Source: Alphaproteobacteria bacterium (GTDB lineage Bacteria; Pseudomonadota; Alphaproteobacteria; SMXP01). Taken from it: a DNA stretch of 64,000 nt. Every line of letters begins with the position of its first letter. Within the stretch, counting starts at the first letter, position 1. Position numbers and translations under genes: made by a program. The notes under the pieces were generated by a model that worked only from the letters and a program-made list of their open reading frames with translations, ran no database searches and was not told where the DNA came from. This document shows, piece after piece, positions 20,366 to 30,801 of the stretch. Location of the stretch: the NCBI GenBank assembly GCA_965248815.1, contig CBDFKK010000002.1, positions 16,995-80,994 on the forward strand, read 5' to 3'.

Positions 20366-20431
20366 TGTTGAGAGGTGGTTCGGTTTGTTTGAACAACTTT
20401 CGGACTGCGGATAAGTGGATTTCAGCCCCTG

Positions 20432-21262
20432 TTATGCCGCGACCGGGATTGGTTGCAGCACGTTGAAGTAAGCCTGATCGGGTGTCTGGCGGTCAAGCGA
20501 TGAATGCGGTCTCTTGGTGTTGTAAAAGACCAAATATTTGCCGAGGGCGGCTCGGGCTTGTGGAACATTGCCATAGGCATGCAGATAGACCTCCTCGTAT
20601 TTGACCGTGCGCCACAGCCGTTCAACAAAGACATTGTCCCGCCACGCTCCCTTGCCATCCATGCTGATGGCGATTTCAGCATCCTTCAGGATTTGTGTGA
20701 AAGCGATGGAGGTAAACTGCGAGCCCTGATCGGTGTTGAAGATGTCCGGCTTACCGTAACGGGCCAGTGCTTCTTCAACGGCTTCAATGCAAAAGTCTGC
20801 TTCCAGTGTGATAGAGAGCCGCCAGGACAGGACACGCCGGCTGAACCAGTCAACCACTGCGGCCAGATAAACAAAGCCCCGTGCCATTGGAATGTAGGTG
20901 ATATCCATCGCCCAGACCTGATTGGGTTGGGTGACCGGCAGCTTACGCAACAGATAGGGATAGATTTTGTGGCCCGGTGCAGGCTTGGACGTGTTCGGGC
21001 GGCGATAAATAGCCTCAAGCCCCATACGCTTCATCAGTGTTGTGACGTGCAGGCGGCCAACCTTGTATCCTTCACCAAGCAATAGTCCCTGCAGCATCCT
21101 GCTGCCTGCAAAGGGATAGTCGAGATGCAATTCATCAATCCGGCGCATCAGTGCCAGATCACCGACCGATACGGGACGGGGCTGATAATAGACGCTGCCC
21201 CGGCTGATCTTGAGCGCCTTGGCCTGACGGCTGAGCGAGAGTTTATGTTTGCGGTCGATCAT
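20432..21262 (-). CDS. ISA transposase OrfB
   Basis: As the other copies. Confidence 0.85.
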   Translation of the reverse strand: MIDRKHKLSLSRQAKALKISRGSVYYQPRPVSVGDLALMRRIDELHLDYPFAGSRMLQGLLLGEGYKVGRLHVTTLMKRMGLEAIYRRPNTSKPAPGHKIYPYLLRKLPVTQPNQVWAMDITYIPMARGFVYLAAVVDWFSRRVLSWRLSITLEADFCIEAVEEALARYGKPDIFNTDQGSQFTSIAFTQILKDAEIAISMDGKGAWRDNVFVERLWRTVKYEEVYLHAYGNVPQARAALGKYLVFYNTKRPHSSLDRQTPDQAYFNVLQPIPVAA

Positions 21263-21570
21263 TTTCTTGCGCTCGGCAATCCCGCCTTGGTGAGCGCATC
21301 GCCTAAAAAATCATTCTCAAGCGTCAGCTCCCCAATCTTGGCATGGAGCCTCTTCACATCAACACGGGGTGCAGGCAGCGGTGATTTACCCTCCCGCCCA
21401 AAAACACCCGCTGCACCCTCAAGGAGCTGATCTTTCCATTGCTTGATCTGGTTAGGATGAACATCAAACTGCTGAGCGAGTTCTCCCAATGTCTGCTCAC
21501 CGCGAACGGCCGCAAGGGCCACCTTCGACTTGAACGCAGGTGTATGATTGAGACGTGGTCGTCTTGCCAT
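21259..21570 (-). CDS. ISA transposase OrfA
   Basis: As the other copies. Confidence 0.8.
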   Translation of the reverse strand: MARRPRLNHTPAFKSKVALAAVRGEQTLGELAQQFDVHPNQIKQWKDQLLEGAAGVFGREGKSPLPAPRVDVKRLHAKIGELTLENDFLGDALTKAGLPSARK

Positions 21571-22000
21571 AGTGGATCTCCTGTTGCCGGCGATCATGCC
21601 GCCTACAGGCCAAAATTCCACTTATCTCAACTGTGCAGATTTCCCGAGCCACCTCTGATCTTCCACCGAAAAGTCAACTTACTAGTCCCGAAACGCAGAG
21701 CCGCTAGTCAATTGTGACCAAAATGTGATTGTTCGGCAATGCCAACAGCCTGATCTATGAGCCGCTCTGGTTGAAATTCTGATTTGGTCAAGATAAAGAG
21801 CGGGGGTCAAAAAAGATAACTGATCTTTATGGGCTTGCGCAGCCCTTAAGGCGACTATAAGTAATTCTTCATATGTTTGTCTCGCCCGGTTTGAGCCCTG
21901 GGTATGTAAATTCGCCAGCAGCGCACAGTTGGGCCTCCTTTGGAAGTCGAGAGACCTACCAGACCACTTCTATCTCAATAAACTAGCCGTATTTCTGATC

Positions 22001-22756
22001 ATGGCGCCAGATAAAAAGCAACCTGCATTGACCGAGTCATCGGAAAGTGGAAGTTCCCGAACCGACGGGCACCATTTTTTGAGATGGGTCCGGTCAAGTT
22101 TCTTGACAGGTCTAGTCATTGCGGCGCCGATTTGGATCACGATTTACGTAACGCTCGCGTTCATATCCTTTATTGACGACTTTGTTACGCCCCTCATTCC
22201 TGGGCAATACAATCCTGAATCATACCTTCCATTTTCCATTCCAGGTCTTGGCGTGGTGATCGTATTTGTCTTGCTCACACTCCTTGGCGCCTTGACGGCA
22301 AATTTGTTTGGCCGCTCGATCATTAATTTTGGAGAGCAACTGGTAGATCGCATGCCGGTTGTTCGAAACATTTACAATGCACTCAAGCAGATATTTGAAA
22401 CCGTCGTTTCTCAAAGTGAATCTTCATTTCAGGAAGTAGGCTTAATTGAGTACCCGCGTGAGGGGCTCTATGCGATTTGCTTTATAACGACGAGTACCGG
22501 CGGTGAAATACAATCACGGATAAAGGACGATTCGGTCAGTGTCTTCCTGCCGACAACCCCAAATCCGACATCCGGTTTTCTTCTGTTCGTGCCTCGAAAA
22601 GACATTCAGCTGCTTGATATGACAGTCGAAGAAGGTGCAAAGCTCGTCATTTCGGCGGGACTTGTCGAACCGACCCCCCGCGGTACCGTACCAAAGATTG
22701 ATCCAAAATCAGCCGATATCAGTACGCGTCAGCAGGAAAAAGCTGCCGCCGAATGA
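22001..22756 (+). CDS. DUF502 family membrane protein
   Basis: N-terminal transmembrane helices, NLFGRSIINFGEQLVDRMPVVRNIYNALKQ and FLPTTPNPTSGFLLFVP motifs typical of COG2928/DUF502. The ATG at 22001 is preferred. Confidence 0.7.
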   Translation: MAPDKKQPALTESSESGSSRTDGHHFLRWVRSSFLTGLVIAAPIWITIYVTLAFISFIDDFVTPLIPGQYNPESYLPFSIPGLGVVIVFVLLTLLGALTANLFGRSIINFGEQLVDRMPVVRNIYNALKQIFETVVSQSESSFQEVGLIEYPREGLYAICFITTSTGGEIQSRIKDDSVSVFLPTTPNPTSGFLLFVPRKDIQLLDMTVEEGAKLVISAGLVEPTPRGTVPKIDPKSADISTRQQEKAAAE

Positions 22757-22760
22757 TCTG

Positions 22761-24842
22761 TCAGCCAGACCGCAAATACCTTACAGATTCATCTAGGCCA
22801 AAAAGGTACAAGAGCACCCTTAAGGCTTGGCCGCGCGAAGAGTCCAAATTTGGATCCTTGGATATAATCAGATCGGCGTCGTCCCGGGCGACCGTAAGTA
22901 GATCTTGATGGGCATTGAGATCGGCAAGCCGAAGTCTTGGGAGACCGCTTTGTTTGATTCCCAGTAATTCTCCTGCGCCACGCAGTTTTAAATCCTCTTC
23001 GGCAATACGGAACCCATCATCGGTTTCGCGCATAATTGACAGGCGAGCCTTGGCGGTTTCTCCAAGGGGCGCGTCGTATAGAAGCAGACAAGAGGCTTCC
23101 ACTTGGCCGCGGCCTACGCGTCCACGTAGTTGGTGCAATTGCGCCAACCCAAACCTCTCTGCTTTCTCGATAACCATGACATTAGCTTCCGGAACATCAA
23201 CGCCGACCTCAATGACCGTCGTCGCAACCAGAATTTTGACTGCGCCGGACCTAAACTTCGCCATTGCCGCGTCTTTGTCTTCAGCCGTCAATCGGCCGTG
23301 AATAAGGCCGACATGATCGCCAAAAATAGCCCGCAACATTTCAAATCTGTCTTGGGCGGCCGTGGCATCTACCAGTTCCGACTCCTCAATGAGTGGGCAC
23401 ACCCAAAAAACCCGGTCATCTCCCTTGATCGCTCGGCTGATGCCGGCGACGACCTCGTCCAGACGCGTGAGCGGCAAGACCCGGGTTTTGACAGGTTGCC
23501 GGCCCGGTGGTTTTTCCGTAAGACGCGATACGTCCAAGTCACCGTAGACCGTCAGCATTAGAGTTCGGGGAATGGGAGTTGCCGTCATCACCAACATATC
23601 AGTGGCGCCACCCTTGCCCGTCAACTCCATCCGTTGATGAACGCCAAACCGATGCTGTTCATCGATTACAGCGAACGCTAAATCGTCAAATTCCACACCG
23701 CTTTGGAAGAGTGCATGGGTTCCAATTAGGATTTTGATTTCGCCTAACGCCGCGGCTTCTAAGGCGCGCTGGCGCTGCTCGCCTTTATCCCGACCGGTTA
23801 ACAGCGCGGCCGAAATATCAAGTGTTTTGGCGAGAGGTTTAATAAAGGCGTAGTGTTGCTGGGCAAGTATCTCGGTCGGTGCCATGAGCGCGGCTTGCGC
23901 TCCATTTTCAACGGCGCGCAGCATGGCCAAGAAAGCGACCACGGTCTTACCGGATCCGACATCACCTTGGAGTAACCGGGTCATTCGTAGTGATGATGCC
24001 ATATCTGCGTCGATCTCCCGCAGAGCTTGCTTCTGCACGGAGGTGAGTGCATAGGGCAATGCCGCAAGTGCTCTGGCGACCAAATCGCCGGTGCCTGGGA
24101 TTGAACGGCCGCCTTGCTGTTTTAAATGTTGCCGCATCAGAACCAGGGCTAATTGATTGGCTAGCAGCTCGTCGTAAGCTAGGCGCGTACGAGCTTTGTC
24201 GCTTGGCAACAGATCGTCATCAGAGCGGGGCTGATGCGCAGCTGTGAGCGCCGAGCGCCAAGGCGCCCAGGACTCTCGATCCATCAATGCCTCATCCAGC
24301 CATTCATCTAATTCCGGCGCTCGCTCGACCGCAGCTTTGACCGCGTTGCCCATTGTTTTGGCCGTCAATCCGGCGGTCAAAGGATAAATTGGCTCGATCA
24401 GGGGCATCTGTTCTGACTGGTCAAGGGAGACGACATGATCGGGATGCGTCATTTGAATCTCGCCGTTATATTCATCCAGCCGTCCGCTGATGAGACGCCG
24501 TTTGCCTTCCGGGAGTAGCTTGGTGAGATAGTCAACGCGTGGATTGAAGTAGACCAATGTCACAAAGCCAGAGTCATCAGAGCAGCGCACTTTGTAAGGC
24601 ACGCGCCGGTTAGGCGATGGAAAGTGGCGGTCCACTTCCACCTCCAAAGTTGCGATTTCGCCTTTGACCGCGTCAGCAATTTGAGGGCGATAGCGGCGGT
24701 CGATGAGGGCCGTGGGAAGATGAAAACACAGATCGACAATATGGGCGCCTGCGGCCATTGTGATCAGCTCAGAAATGCGGGGGCCAACGCCGGGCAAGGA
24801 CCGCGCGTCCGCATATAAGGAAAAAAGAACTTCCGGGCGCAT
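22761..24842 (-). CDS. recG: ATP-dependent DNA helicase RecG
   Basis: 693 aa. Walker A GDVGSGKT, DEQHRFGV and helicase C motifs. N-terminal wedge domain. Confidence 0.9.
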   Translation of the reverse strand: MRPEVLFSLYADARSLPGVGPRISELITMAAGAHIVDLCFHLPTALIDRRYRPQIADAVKGEIATLEVEVDRHFPSPNRRVPYKVRCSDDSGFVTLVYFNPRVDYLTKLLPEGKRRLISGRLDEYNGEIQMTHPDHVVSLDQSEQMPLIEPIYPLTAGLTAKTMGNAVKAAVERAPELDEWLDEALMDRESWAPWRSALTAAHQPRSDDDLLPSDKARTRLAYDELLANQLALVLMRQHLKQQGGRSIPGTGDLVARALAALPYALTSVQKQALREIDADMASSLRMTRLLQGDVGSGKTVVAFLAMLRAVENGAQAALMAPTEILAQQHYAFIKPLAKTLDISAALLTGRDKGEQRQRALEAAALGEIKILIGTHALFQSGVEFDDLAFAVIDEQHRFGVHQRMELTGKGGATDMLVMTATPIPRTLMLTVYGDLDVSRLTEKPPGRQPVKTRVLPLTRLDEVVAGISRAIKGDDRVFWVCPLIEESELVDATAAQDRFEMLRAIFGDHVGLIHGRLTAEDKDAAMAKFRSGAVKILVATTVIEVGVDVPEANVMVIEKAERFGLAQLHQLRGRVGRGQVEASCLLLYDAPLGETAKARLSIMRETDDGFRIAEEDLKLRGAGELLGIKQSGLPRLRLADLNAHQDLLTVARDDADLIISKDPNLDSSRGQALRVLLYLFGLDESVRYLRSG

Positions 24843-24912
24843 ATGTTTCTACTCGTGCAGTATGGCTGGCAACCGTAAGTCAAAGGCGCATGCCGAGAGG
24901 ATAGGATACGAC

Positions 24913-25173
24913 ATGGACGAGCGCCGCAAACGCCTAAACTATCAGTCGTGGCATCGTGGCATGAAAGAAACAGATCTTATTCTCGGGACGTTTGCGGACC
25001 GTTATTTGATCAACTTGGAAGAGGGCGCCTTGGATCAATTCGAGGCACTTTTGGCATGTTCGGATCAACAGATATATGCATGGGTCGCTGGACGTGAAGC
25101 AATCCCAAGCAAATTCGATAATAAAATCATGGATCTCCTGAGAAAGCTTGAAATCAATCCTAAGATCTCGTAA
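24913..25173 (+). CDS. sdhE: Succinate dehydrogenase FAD-assembly factor SdhE (DUF339)
   Basis: RRKRLNYQSWHRGMKETDLILGTFAD...FEALL motif. Conserved recG-sdhE-mfd neighbourhood in alphaproteobacteria. The ATG at 24913 is used rather than the overlapping upstream start. Confidence 0.75.
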   Translation: MDERRKRLNYQSWHRGMKETDLILGTFADRYLINLEEGALDQFEALLACSDQQIYAWVAGREAIPSKFDNKIMDLLRKLEINPKIS

Positions 25174-25209
25174 GTCCGCCGCTGCCCTAATGTTTTATGG
25201 ATTGGCCGT

Positions 25210-28200
25210 GTGAACGACCACCCGCAATTCCCTGATTTAGAACTTCTAATCAAGTCCGACCATCGACTCACGGTTGCCGGCGTTCCCGACGGTGTTGATT
25301 CACTTCTCTTGGCCGATCTCGTGAGGGCACGTTCGCATCGTGCAGAGGGCTCAATCGTTCTTTATATCGCAAGTGACGAGGGCCGAGCCTCGGCTTTCCG
25401 CGCTGCCATTGGTTACGTTGCACCAGATATCGAGACACTGGACATTCCTGCGTGGGACTGCCTGCCGTACGACCGGGTGTCTCCTAAGTCCGAAATCTCG
25501 AGCCGGCGCATGGCCGCTTTGGCCCAGTTGGCTACGCGCAGGCTAACACCTGATCGGCCGCTCCTGGTAGTGACCACAGTCAACGCCGTTTGGCAAAGGG
25601 TTCCGACCCCACACTATGTCAAGGAGTCCTCGTTGAAGGTTGCAGCCGGTCAACTTCTGAATTCTGACGACCTTACCGCGTATCTCACTCGAAACGGATA
25701 TTTGCGCGCCGGAACGGTTCGAGAACCGGGTGATTATGCCATCCGAGGCGGCATAATTGATCTCTTTCCGCCTGGGTTTCTGCAGCCGGTTCGTCTCGAC
25801 ATGTTTGGCGACTCGCTCGAGTCCATCAGGTCCTTTGATGCAGAAAGCCAACGCACTATCGGCCAGCAATCCGAATTGACTCTCGTTCCGGTCAGTGAAT
25901 TGCCGCTCGACGATGAAGCCATCCGACGTTTTCGTCGTGCGTACGTCGCCAATTTTGGAGCTGCCACCGATTCCGATCTGTTGTACGAGTCAATTAGCGA
26001 AGGCCGAAAGCATCAAGGCATGGAACATTGGCTGCCGTTGTTTCATGACGAGCTGGTAACAATTTTCGACTATCTGGGCGATGATGCTTTGATCTTCGCC
26101 GATCATTTGGCCGAGGATGCAAAAACAGCGCGGCAAACCCTGATTGAAGATTACTACGAAGCTCGTCTCGAAAAGATGGAGAGTGGCAAGACGACCGAGC
26201 TTCTGTCGGGCCCGATATATAAACCTATTCGGCCGCTTGAGCTTTATTTGTCCGAAGGCGAATGGCAGAGCCACTTTGAGCACTTCGCCGCGCGGACCTT
26301 TAGTCCGTTTATACGTCCCGCAAGCCAGGGCACAATCAACATTCAATCCAAAATGGGACGCGAATTTTCCGCTGAGCGTTCCTCACAAAACGTCAATGTG
26401 TTCGACGCCGTTGGTCACTACATCGGCAGTCTTGAGGGGCGACGAGTGATGATTGCTTGTGCGTCCCTAGGGTCGGCTGAACGGATGGCGAATCTCCTTG
26501 AAGAACATGGCCTTCCTGATCCTAGATCCGTAGATAGCTGGCGCGATGCAATGGCACTGCCTCTAGCCGCTACTGCCATCATCACGCTCACGCTCGATCG
26601 AGGCTTTGAATTTGGTGACCTGGTCGTCCTAAGTGAACAAGACATCTTGGGCGACCGCCTAGTCCGAAAGTCGCGCCGGACCAAGAGAGCTGAAAATTTT
26701 ATTGCCGAAGCGTCCGCCCTGAGCCAAGGGGATTTGGTCGTCCATGTCGACCATGGGATCGGCCGCTACGACGGCTTACAGACCATCGACGTCGCCGGCG
26801 CGCCTCATGACTGTCTTTTGCTTGTCTATAGGGACAACGACAAGCTCTATTTGCCGGTTGAGAATATTGAATTGCTCAGCCGCTTCGGATCTGACGATTC
26901 GAACATGGAACTCGACCGGTTGGGTGGCTCCGGTTGGCAATCACGAAAAGCGAAACTCAAGAAGCGTATTCGTGATCTTGCCGATCAATTGATCAAAATC
27001 GCTGCCGCTAGGGAGCTGCGCCGCGCTGAAATCAATGAGCCCCCGAGTGGGCTTTATGAGGAATTTTGCGCTCGCTTCCCGTTCGAAGAGACCGAAGATC
27101 AAGAGCGCGCCATTGCCGATGTCATTGAAGATATTGGCAAAGGCCGGCCGATGGATCGGTTGGTCTGCGGTGACGTCGGATTCGGCAAGACCGAAGTGGC
27201 GCTCCGGTCGGCTTTTGTGACAGCGATGAACGGCCATCAAGTCGCCGTCGTAACGCCGACAACATTGCTTTGCCGACAACACCATTTGACATTTACAGAA
27301 AGATTTTCTGGCTGGCCGCTGAAAGTCGCTCAACTCTCCCGATTGATTTCGCAAAGAGAAGCGCAAGATGTAAAAGCAGGCCTTACAAGCGGCGATATCG
27401 ATATTGTTATTGGAACTCACGCACTATTGGCCAAAAACATTGAATTTCGGGATCTAGGATTGCTCATTGTCGATGAAGAGCAACATTTTGGCGTCACTCA
27501 TAAGGAGCAATTAAAACAATTGCGCAGCGACGTTCATGTGCTGACAATGACAGCCACGCCAATTCCTCGCACGCTACAACTGGCTATGAGCGGTGTGCGC
27601 GAAATGTCCCTCATCGCGACGCCGCCAATTGACCGCCTGGCCGTGCGAACCTTCGTTACGCCATTTGATACATTAATCATTCGCGAAGCTTTGTTGCGCG
27701 AGCGCTATCGGGGTGGACAGAGTTTTTTTGTTTGTCCCCGCATATCAAATTTAGCCGAGGCGGCAGAGTTCCTAACTGAGCATGTTCCGGAAGTGTCATT
27801 TGTGATTGCGCACGGACAGATGGCGCCGCGAAACTTGGACGAAGTCATGAACGCCTTCTACGAAGGCAAATACGACGTACTAGTTTCGACCAGCATTATC
27901 GAATCCGGTTTGGATATACCGACAGCAAATACTTTGATCATTCAACGGGCGGACATGTTTGGTCTGGCGCAGCTCTATCAATTGCGAGGCCGAATTGGGC
28001 GGTCCAAAGCGCGCGCTTACGCGTACCTGACTGTGCGGCCCAATCGAACGTTGACCATAGCTGCCGAAAAGCGGCTCAAAGTTTTGCAATTGCTGGATAG
28101 CCTCGGCGCCGGTTTCAGTCTCGCCAGCCACGATCTCGACATTCGCGGCGCGGGAAACCTGCTGGGGGAAGAGCAATCGGGCCACATTAAAGAGGTCGGA

Positions 28201-28743
28201 CTCGAACTCTATCAATCTATGCTCGAAGAAGCGGTTGCATCGCTAAGAGATGACGTGACGACCGGGGCGGATGATGATCGGTGGTCGCCTCAAATTAAGC
28301 TCGGCACTTCGGTGCTCATCCCGGAGCATTACATTCCCGATCTTGATGTCCGGCTTGCGCTATATCGCCGTCTGGCTGACTTAGAAGTGTCTAACGACAT
28401 TGATGAGTTTGCAGCAGAACTAATTGACAGGTTCGGCCGTTATCCTGAAGAGGTCGATCATTTATTGGAGATCGTTGAGATAAAGATTCTGTGCAGACGC
28501 GCGGGAGTGGAAAAAGTCGAAGCTGGCCCTAAGGGAGTTACCTTGGCATTTCGCAACAATGAGTTCAGAAATCCGGCCGGGCTTATTGCCCACATCAGCC
28601 AAAGCGCCGAAGATACGAAACTGAGACCGGATCATCGCATGGTCATTCGCAGAAACTGGCCGGACGCTGAAAGTCGCTTCAAGGGCGTGCAGCGGATCTT
28701 GAATATCCTTGTCGATATAGCCGAGGAATCCGAAGCGGCTTAG
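25210..28743 (+). CDS. mfd: Transcription-repair coupling factor Mfd
   Basis: 1177 aa. UvrB-homology N-terminus, GDVGFGKTEVA Walker A, DEEQHFGV and the TRG motif region. Confidence 0.9.
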   Translation: MNDHPQFPDLELLIKSDHRLTVAGVPDGVDSLLLADLVRARSHRAEGSIVLYIASDEGRASAFRAAIGYVAPDIETLDIPAWDCLPYDRVSPKSEISSRRMAALAQLATRRLTPDRPLLVVTTVNAVWQRVPTPHYVKESSLKVAAGQLLNSDDLTAYLTRNGYLRAGTVREPGDYAIRGGIIDLFPPGFLQPVRLDMFGDSLESIRSFDAESQRTIGQQSELTLVPVSELPLDDEAIRRFRRAYVANFGAATDSDLLYESISEGRKHQGMEHWLPLFHDELVTIFDYLGDDALIFADHLAEDAKTARQTLIEDYYEARLEKMESGKTTELLSGPIYKPIRPLELYLSEGEWQSHFEHFAARTFSPFIRPASQGTINIQSKMGREFSAERSSQNVNVFDAVGHYIGSLEGRRVMIACASLGSAERMANLLEEHGLPDPRSVDSWRDAMALPLAATAIITLTLDRGFEFGDLVVLSEQDILGDRLVRKSRRTKRAENFIAEASALSQGDLVVHVDHGIGRYDGLQTIDVAGAPHDCLLLVYRDNDKLYLPVENIELLSRFGSDDSNMELDRLGGSGWQSRKAKLKKRIRDLADQLIKIAAARELRRAEINEPPSGLYEEFCARFPFEETEDQERAIADVIEDIGKGRPMDRLVCGDVGFGKTEVALRSAFVTAMNGHQVAVVTPTTLLCRQHHLTFTERFSGWPLKVAQLSRLISQREAQDVKAGLTSGDIDIVIGTHALLAKNIEFRDLGLLIVDEEQHFGVTHKEQLKQLRSDVHVLTMTATPIPRTLQLAMSGVREMSLIATPPIDRLAVRTFVTPFDTLIIREALLRERYRGGQSFFVCPRISNLAEAAEFLTEHVPEVSFVIAHGQMAPRNLDEVMNAFYEGKYDVLVSTSIIESGLDIPTANTLIIQRADMFGLAQLYQLRGRIGRSKARAYAYLTVRPNRTLTIAAEKRLKVLQLLDSLGAGFSLASHDLDIRGAGNLLGEEQSGHIKEVGLELYQSMLEEAVASLRDDVTTGADDDRWSPQIKLGTSVLIPEHYIPDLDVRLALYRRLADLEVSNDIDEFAAELIDRFGRYPEEVDHLLEIVEIKILCRRAGVEKVEAGPKGVTLAFRNNEFRNPAGLIAHISQSAEDTKLRPDHRMVIRRNWPDAESRFKGVQRILNILVDIAEESEAA

Positions 28744-28770
28744 TGCGGTCATCGTGCTGACGGGAGCCTA

Positions 28771-29430
28771 TTATTTTGCTTGAGAGTGTGCGTCCTGTTC
28801 CAATGCTTTGTCCAAAAACTGCAGCAGGACAGACGACGGTTGCGCTCCAGATACCGCAATTTTGCTATTGGCAATAAACGTTGGGACGCCTGAAATACCC
28901 ATCTCACTAGCTTGACGAGCTTCTGCACCGACAATTTCAACATCCATGTCAGTTGCAAGCCGTGAGGCAATCGCTTCGCCGTCCATTCCGGCACTTTCGG
29001 CTATTTGACTTAAGACTTCGCGATCTCCGATATCTTTGCCTTGTTCAAAATAGGCTTGAAATAAATGGGTTACGACCGCGTCTTGAAATCCATCGATTTG
29101 AGACCAGCGAATAAGCCTATGAGAGTCTACCGTGTTTGGAGTTCGAGCGATCGCTTCAAAGTTAAACCGCAACCCATCTTCTTGGCCGGCCGCCTCCAAT
29201 GCCTCAAGCATGGATTTAGATCGTCCGCTGTCGCCAAATTTTTTCTTCAAATATGTCTTACGATCAATGCCGCCTGCGGGCACGGTCGGATCTAACTGAA
29301 ACGGCCGCCATACGATTTCCACGTGATTTCCATTGAACTGGGAAAGCGCTTGCTCCAGCCGCACTTTACCCACGTAACACCATGGGCAAATCGTGTCTGA
29401 AACGATGTCAAGTTGAACAGATGAGGACAT
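28771..29430 (-). CDS. DsbA-family thiol:disulfide oxidoreductase (FrnE / 2-hydroxychromene-2-carboxylate isomerase-like)
   Basis: LDIVSDTICPWCYVGK (CPWC active site) and a thioredoxin-like fold length of 219 aa. Confidence 0.75.
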   Translation of the reverse strand: MSSSVQLDIVSDTICPWCYVGKVRLEQALSQFNGNHVEIVWRPFQLDPTVPAGGIDRKTYLKKKFGDSGRSKSMLEALEAAGQEDGLRFNFEAIARTPNTVDSHRLIRWSQIDGFQDAVVTHLFQAYFEQGKDIGDREVLSQIAESAGMDGEAIASRLATDMDVEIVGAEARQASEMGISGVPTFIANSKIAVSGAQPSSVLLQFLDKALEQDAHSQAK

Positions 29431-29472
29431 CAGCCCACACTATCTGAGAGGTTACGGCGAATAAACCGGAAA

Positions 29473-30801
29473 TTAATCCGCGCGAGCGTGAGCTCGTGCC
29501 TGTGCAATTAAATTCGCGCCTGATAATCCTTGCCGGAAAGCGGTAAGTCCAGCTTTGAGTTGAACGGTCACAGGGTCTTCTGCATTTCCTGAATCAAATA
29601 GCGTATTATTGATGACGCCTGAAAGTCTTCGAAGCGGGAGGCGTGCTTGGCTGTCGTCGGTGTTGGGCGGCAATAGAACAAGTTCAGAGCCGCCATATCG
29701 CGCTGGAAAATCTTCTCCTCGGACGAGGGAACCGAATATGCTGCCGATCTGTGCCAGAACACGGTCGCCGACGGCATAGCCATACTGTTCATTAATGGCC
29801 GACATGTTTTTAATTTCAAAATAGGCGGTTGTGAAGCCACGATTATGTTTTACAGCATCGGCGACGACGCGGTCGATGTGGGCGCGCAGAAATCCGTACG
29901 TATACAGACCCGTAAGGGAGTCATGAGTAATCGATTGATGTCCGTTGGCGTAAAAATCCCGCAATGTCTTTCGGCAACGCGATTCGCGGACCAATACGTT
30001 AGTTCGCCGCTCCAGTTCCTGCTCTCGAACCGGCTTGGCTAATATATCAGTGGCTCCGTCCCGATAGACTTCTTCCGGTGAGGATAACCGCCGAAGGTCC
30101 GCAAGCACGATGATGGGGATGTTAAACAGTCGAGGATTGCGGCGCATGTGTTCGCCCACGCTCAATAAGTCAGATATGTTGTCAGTGACGTTGAGTATGA
30201 CGACATCAAAGTGGCTTTGGTTGAGGTAGTCGACGGCCATAGAAGTTGTGAAAGCGCCAACGATCGACGTTTTCTTTTTATTTAATACGGATTGCATTTG
30301 CGAATAATCGGTATCGGCTTCACCAACGACAAGAATTTTGACGTCGTCGACATCAAGCAGGTCTTCAAGGTTGGGGAGGCGCTCTAATCCAAAGTCGGCG
30401 GCGGTGAGCAAGCGTCGCTCAAACTCTTGGGCCATTGTGTCTAAGCGTACGAGTGATTCAATCCGACTGACGAGCTGCATGTCGTGAAATGGTTGGGCAA
30501 AGCGCGTTTCAATGGCCGCTGTTTCATCGCTGTCGTCGCCGACCAATATAACGGGGTATTTGACAGCAGAATGGCTGCGCTTCATCGCTTCGGCCAAATC
30601 CTGAACCGTGCCAGGAGATAGTGTTTGCTGATCCGGTTCAATGATTGCAAGGTCAGGCTCTTGGCTGCTGATGACGTGTTCGGCGACATCAGCATTTGCT
30701 GCGGCATGGCATTGATAGCCGCGAGCATCAAGCATTGCGGTCAGCCGCATGCGCGACGTTGAGTCACCACTGACCACTAAGACTCGAGCGGAAAAAGGCA
30801 T
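29473..30801 (-). CDS. PleD/PopA-like double-receiver GGDEF-domain protein with degenerate active site (GGSEL) and conserved RxxD I-site
   Basis: Two receiver-like domains lacking the canonical acidic pocket and phospho-Asp (LVVSGD / AIIEPD; VVGEAD / VVILNV). GGDEF domain with RDSLTGLYTYGFL...RYGGSELVLL. RGED lies 5 residues before GG. Confidence 0.75.
   Translation of the reverse strand: MPFSARVLVVSGDSTSRMRLTAMLDARGYQCHAAANADVAEHVISSQEPDLAIIEPDQQTLSPGTVQDLAEAMKRSHSAVKYPVILVGDDSDETAAIETRFAQPFHDMQLVSRIESLVRLDTMAQEFERRLLTAADFGLERLPNLEDLLDVDDVKILVVGEADTDYSQMQSVLNKKKTSIVGAFTTSMAVDYLNQSHFDVVILNVTDNISDLLSVGEHMRRNPRLFNIPIIVLADLRRLSSPEEVYRDGATDILAKPVREQELERRTNVLVRESRCRKTLRDFYANGHQSITHDSLTGLYTYGFLRAHIDRVVADAVKHNRGFTTAYFEIKNMSAINEQYGYAVGDRVLAQIGSIFGSLVRGEDFPARYGGSELVLLPPNTDDSQARLPLRRLSGVINNTLFDSGNAEDPVTVQLKAGLTAFRQGLSGANLIAQARAHARAD

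Larger units (their letters stand above)
20371..21656 (-). mobile_element. ISA copy 4 (1286 bp), no target-site duplication
   Basis: Same termini. Flanks TTG and GAT. One OrfA substitution (RRPRLNH). Confidence 0.9.

Noticed and set aside
24760-25173. 137-aa version of sdhE overlapping the recG start
   Set aside because: The conserved SdhE domain begins at MDERRKRL (ATG 24913). The upstream extension overlaps recG in the opposite direction and has no homology.
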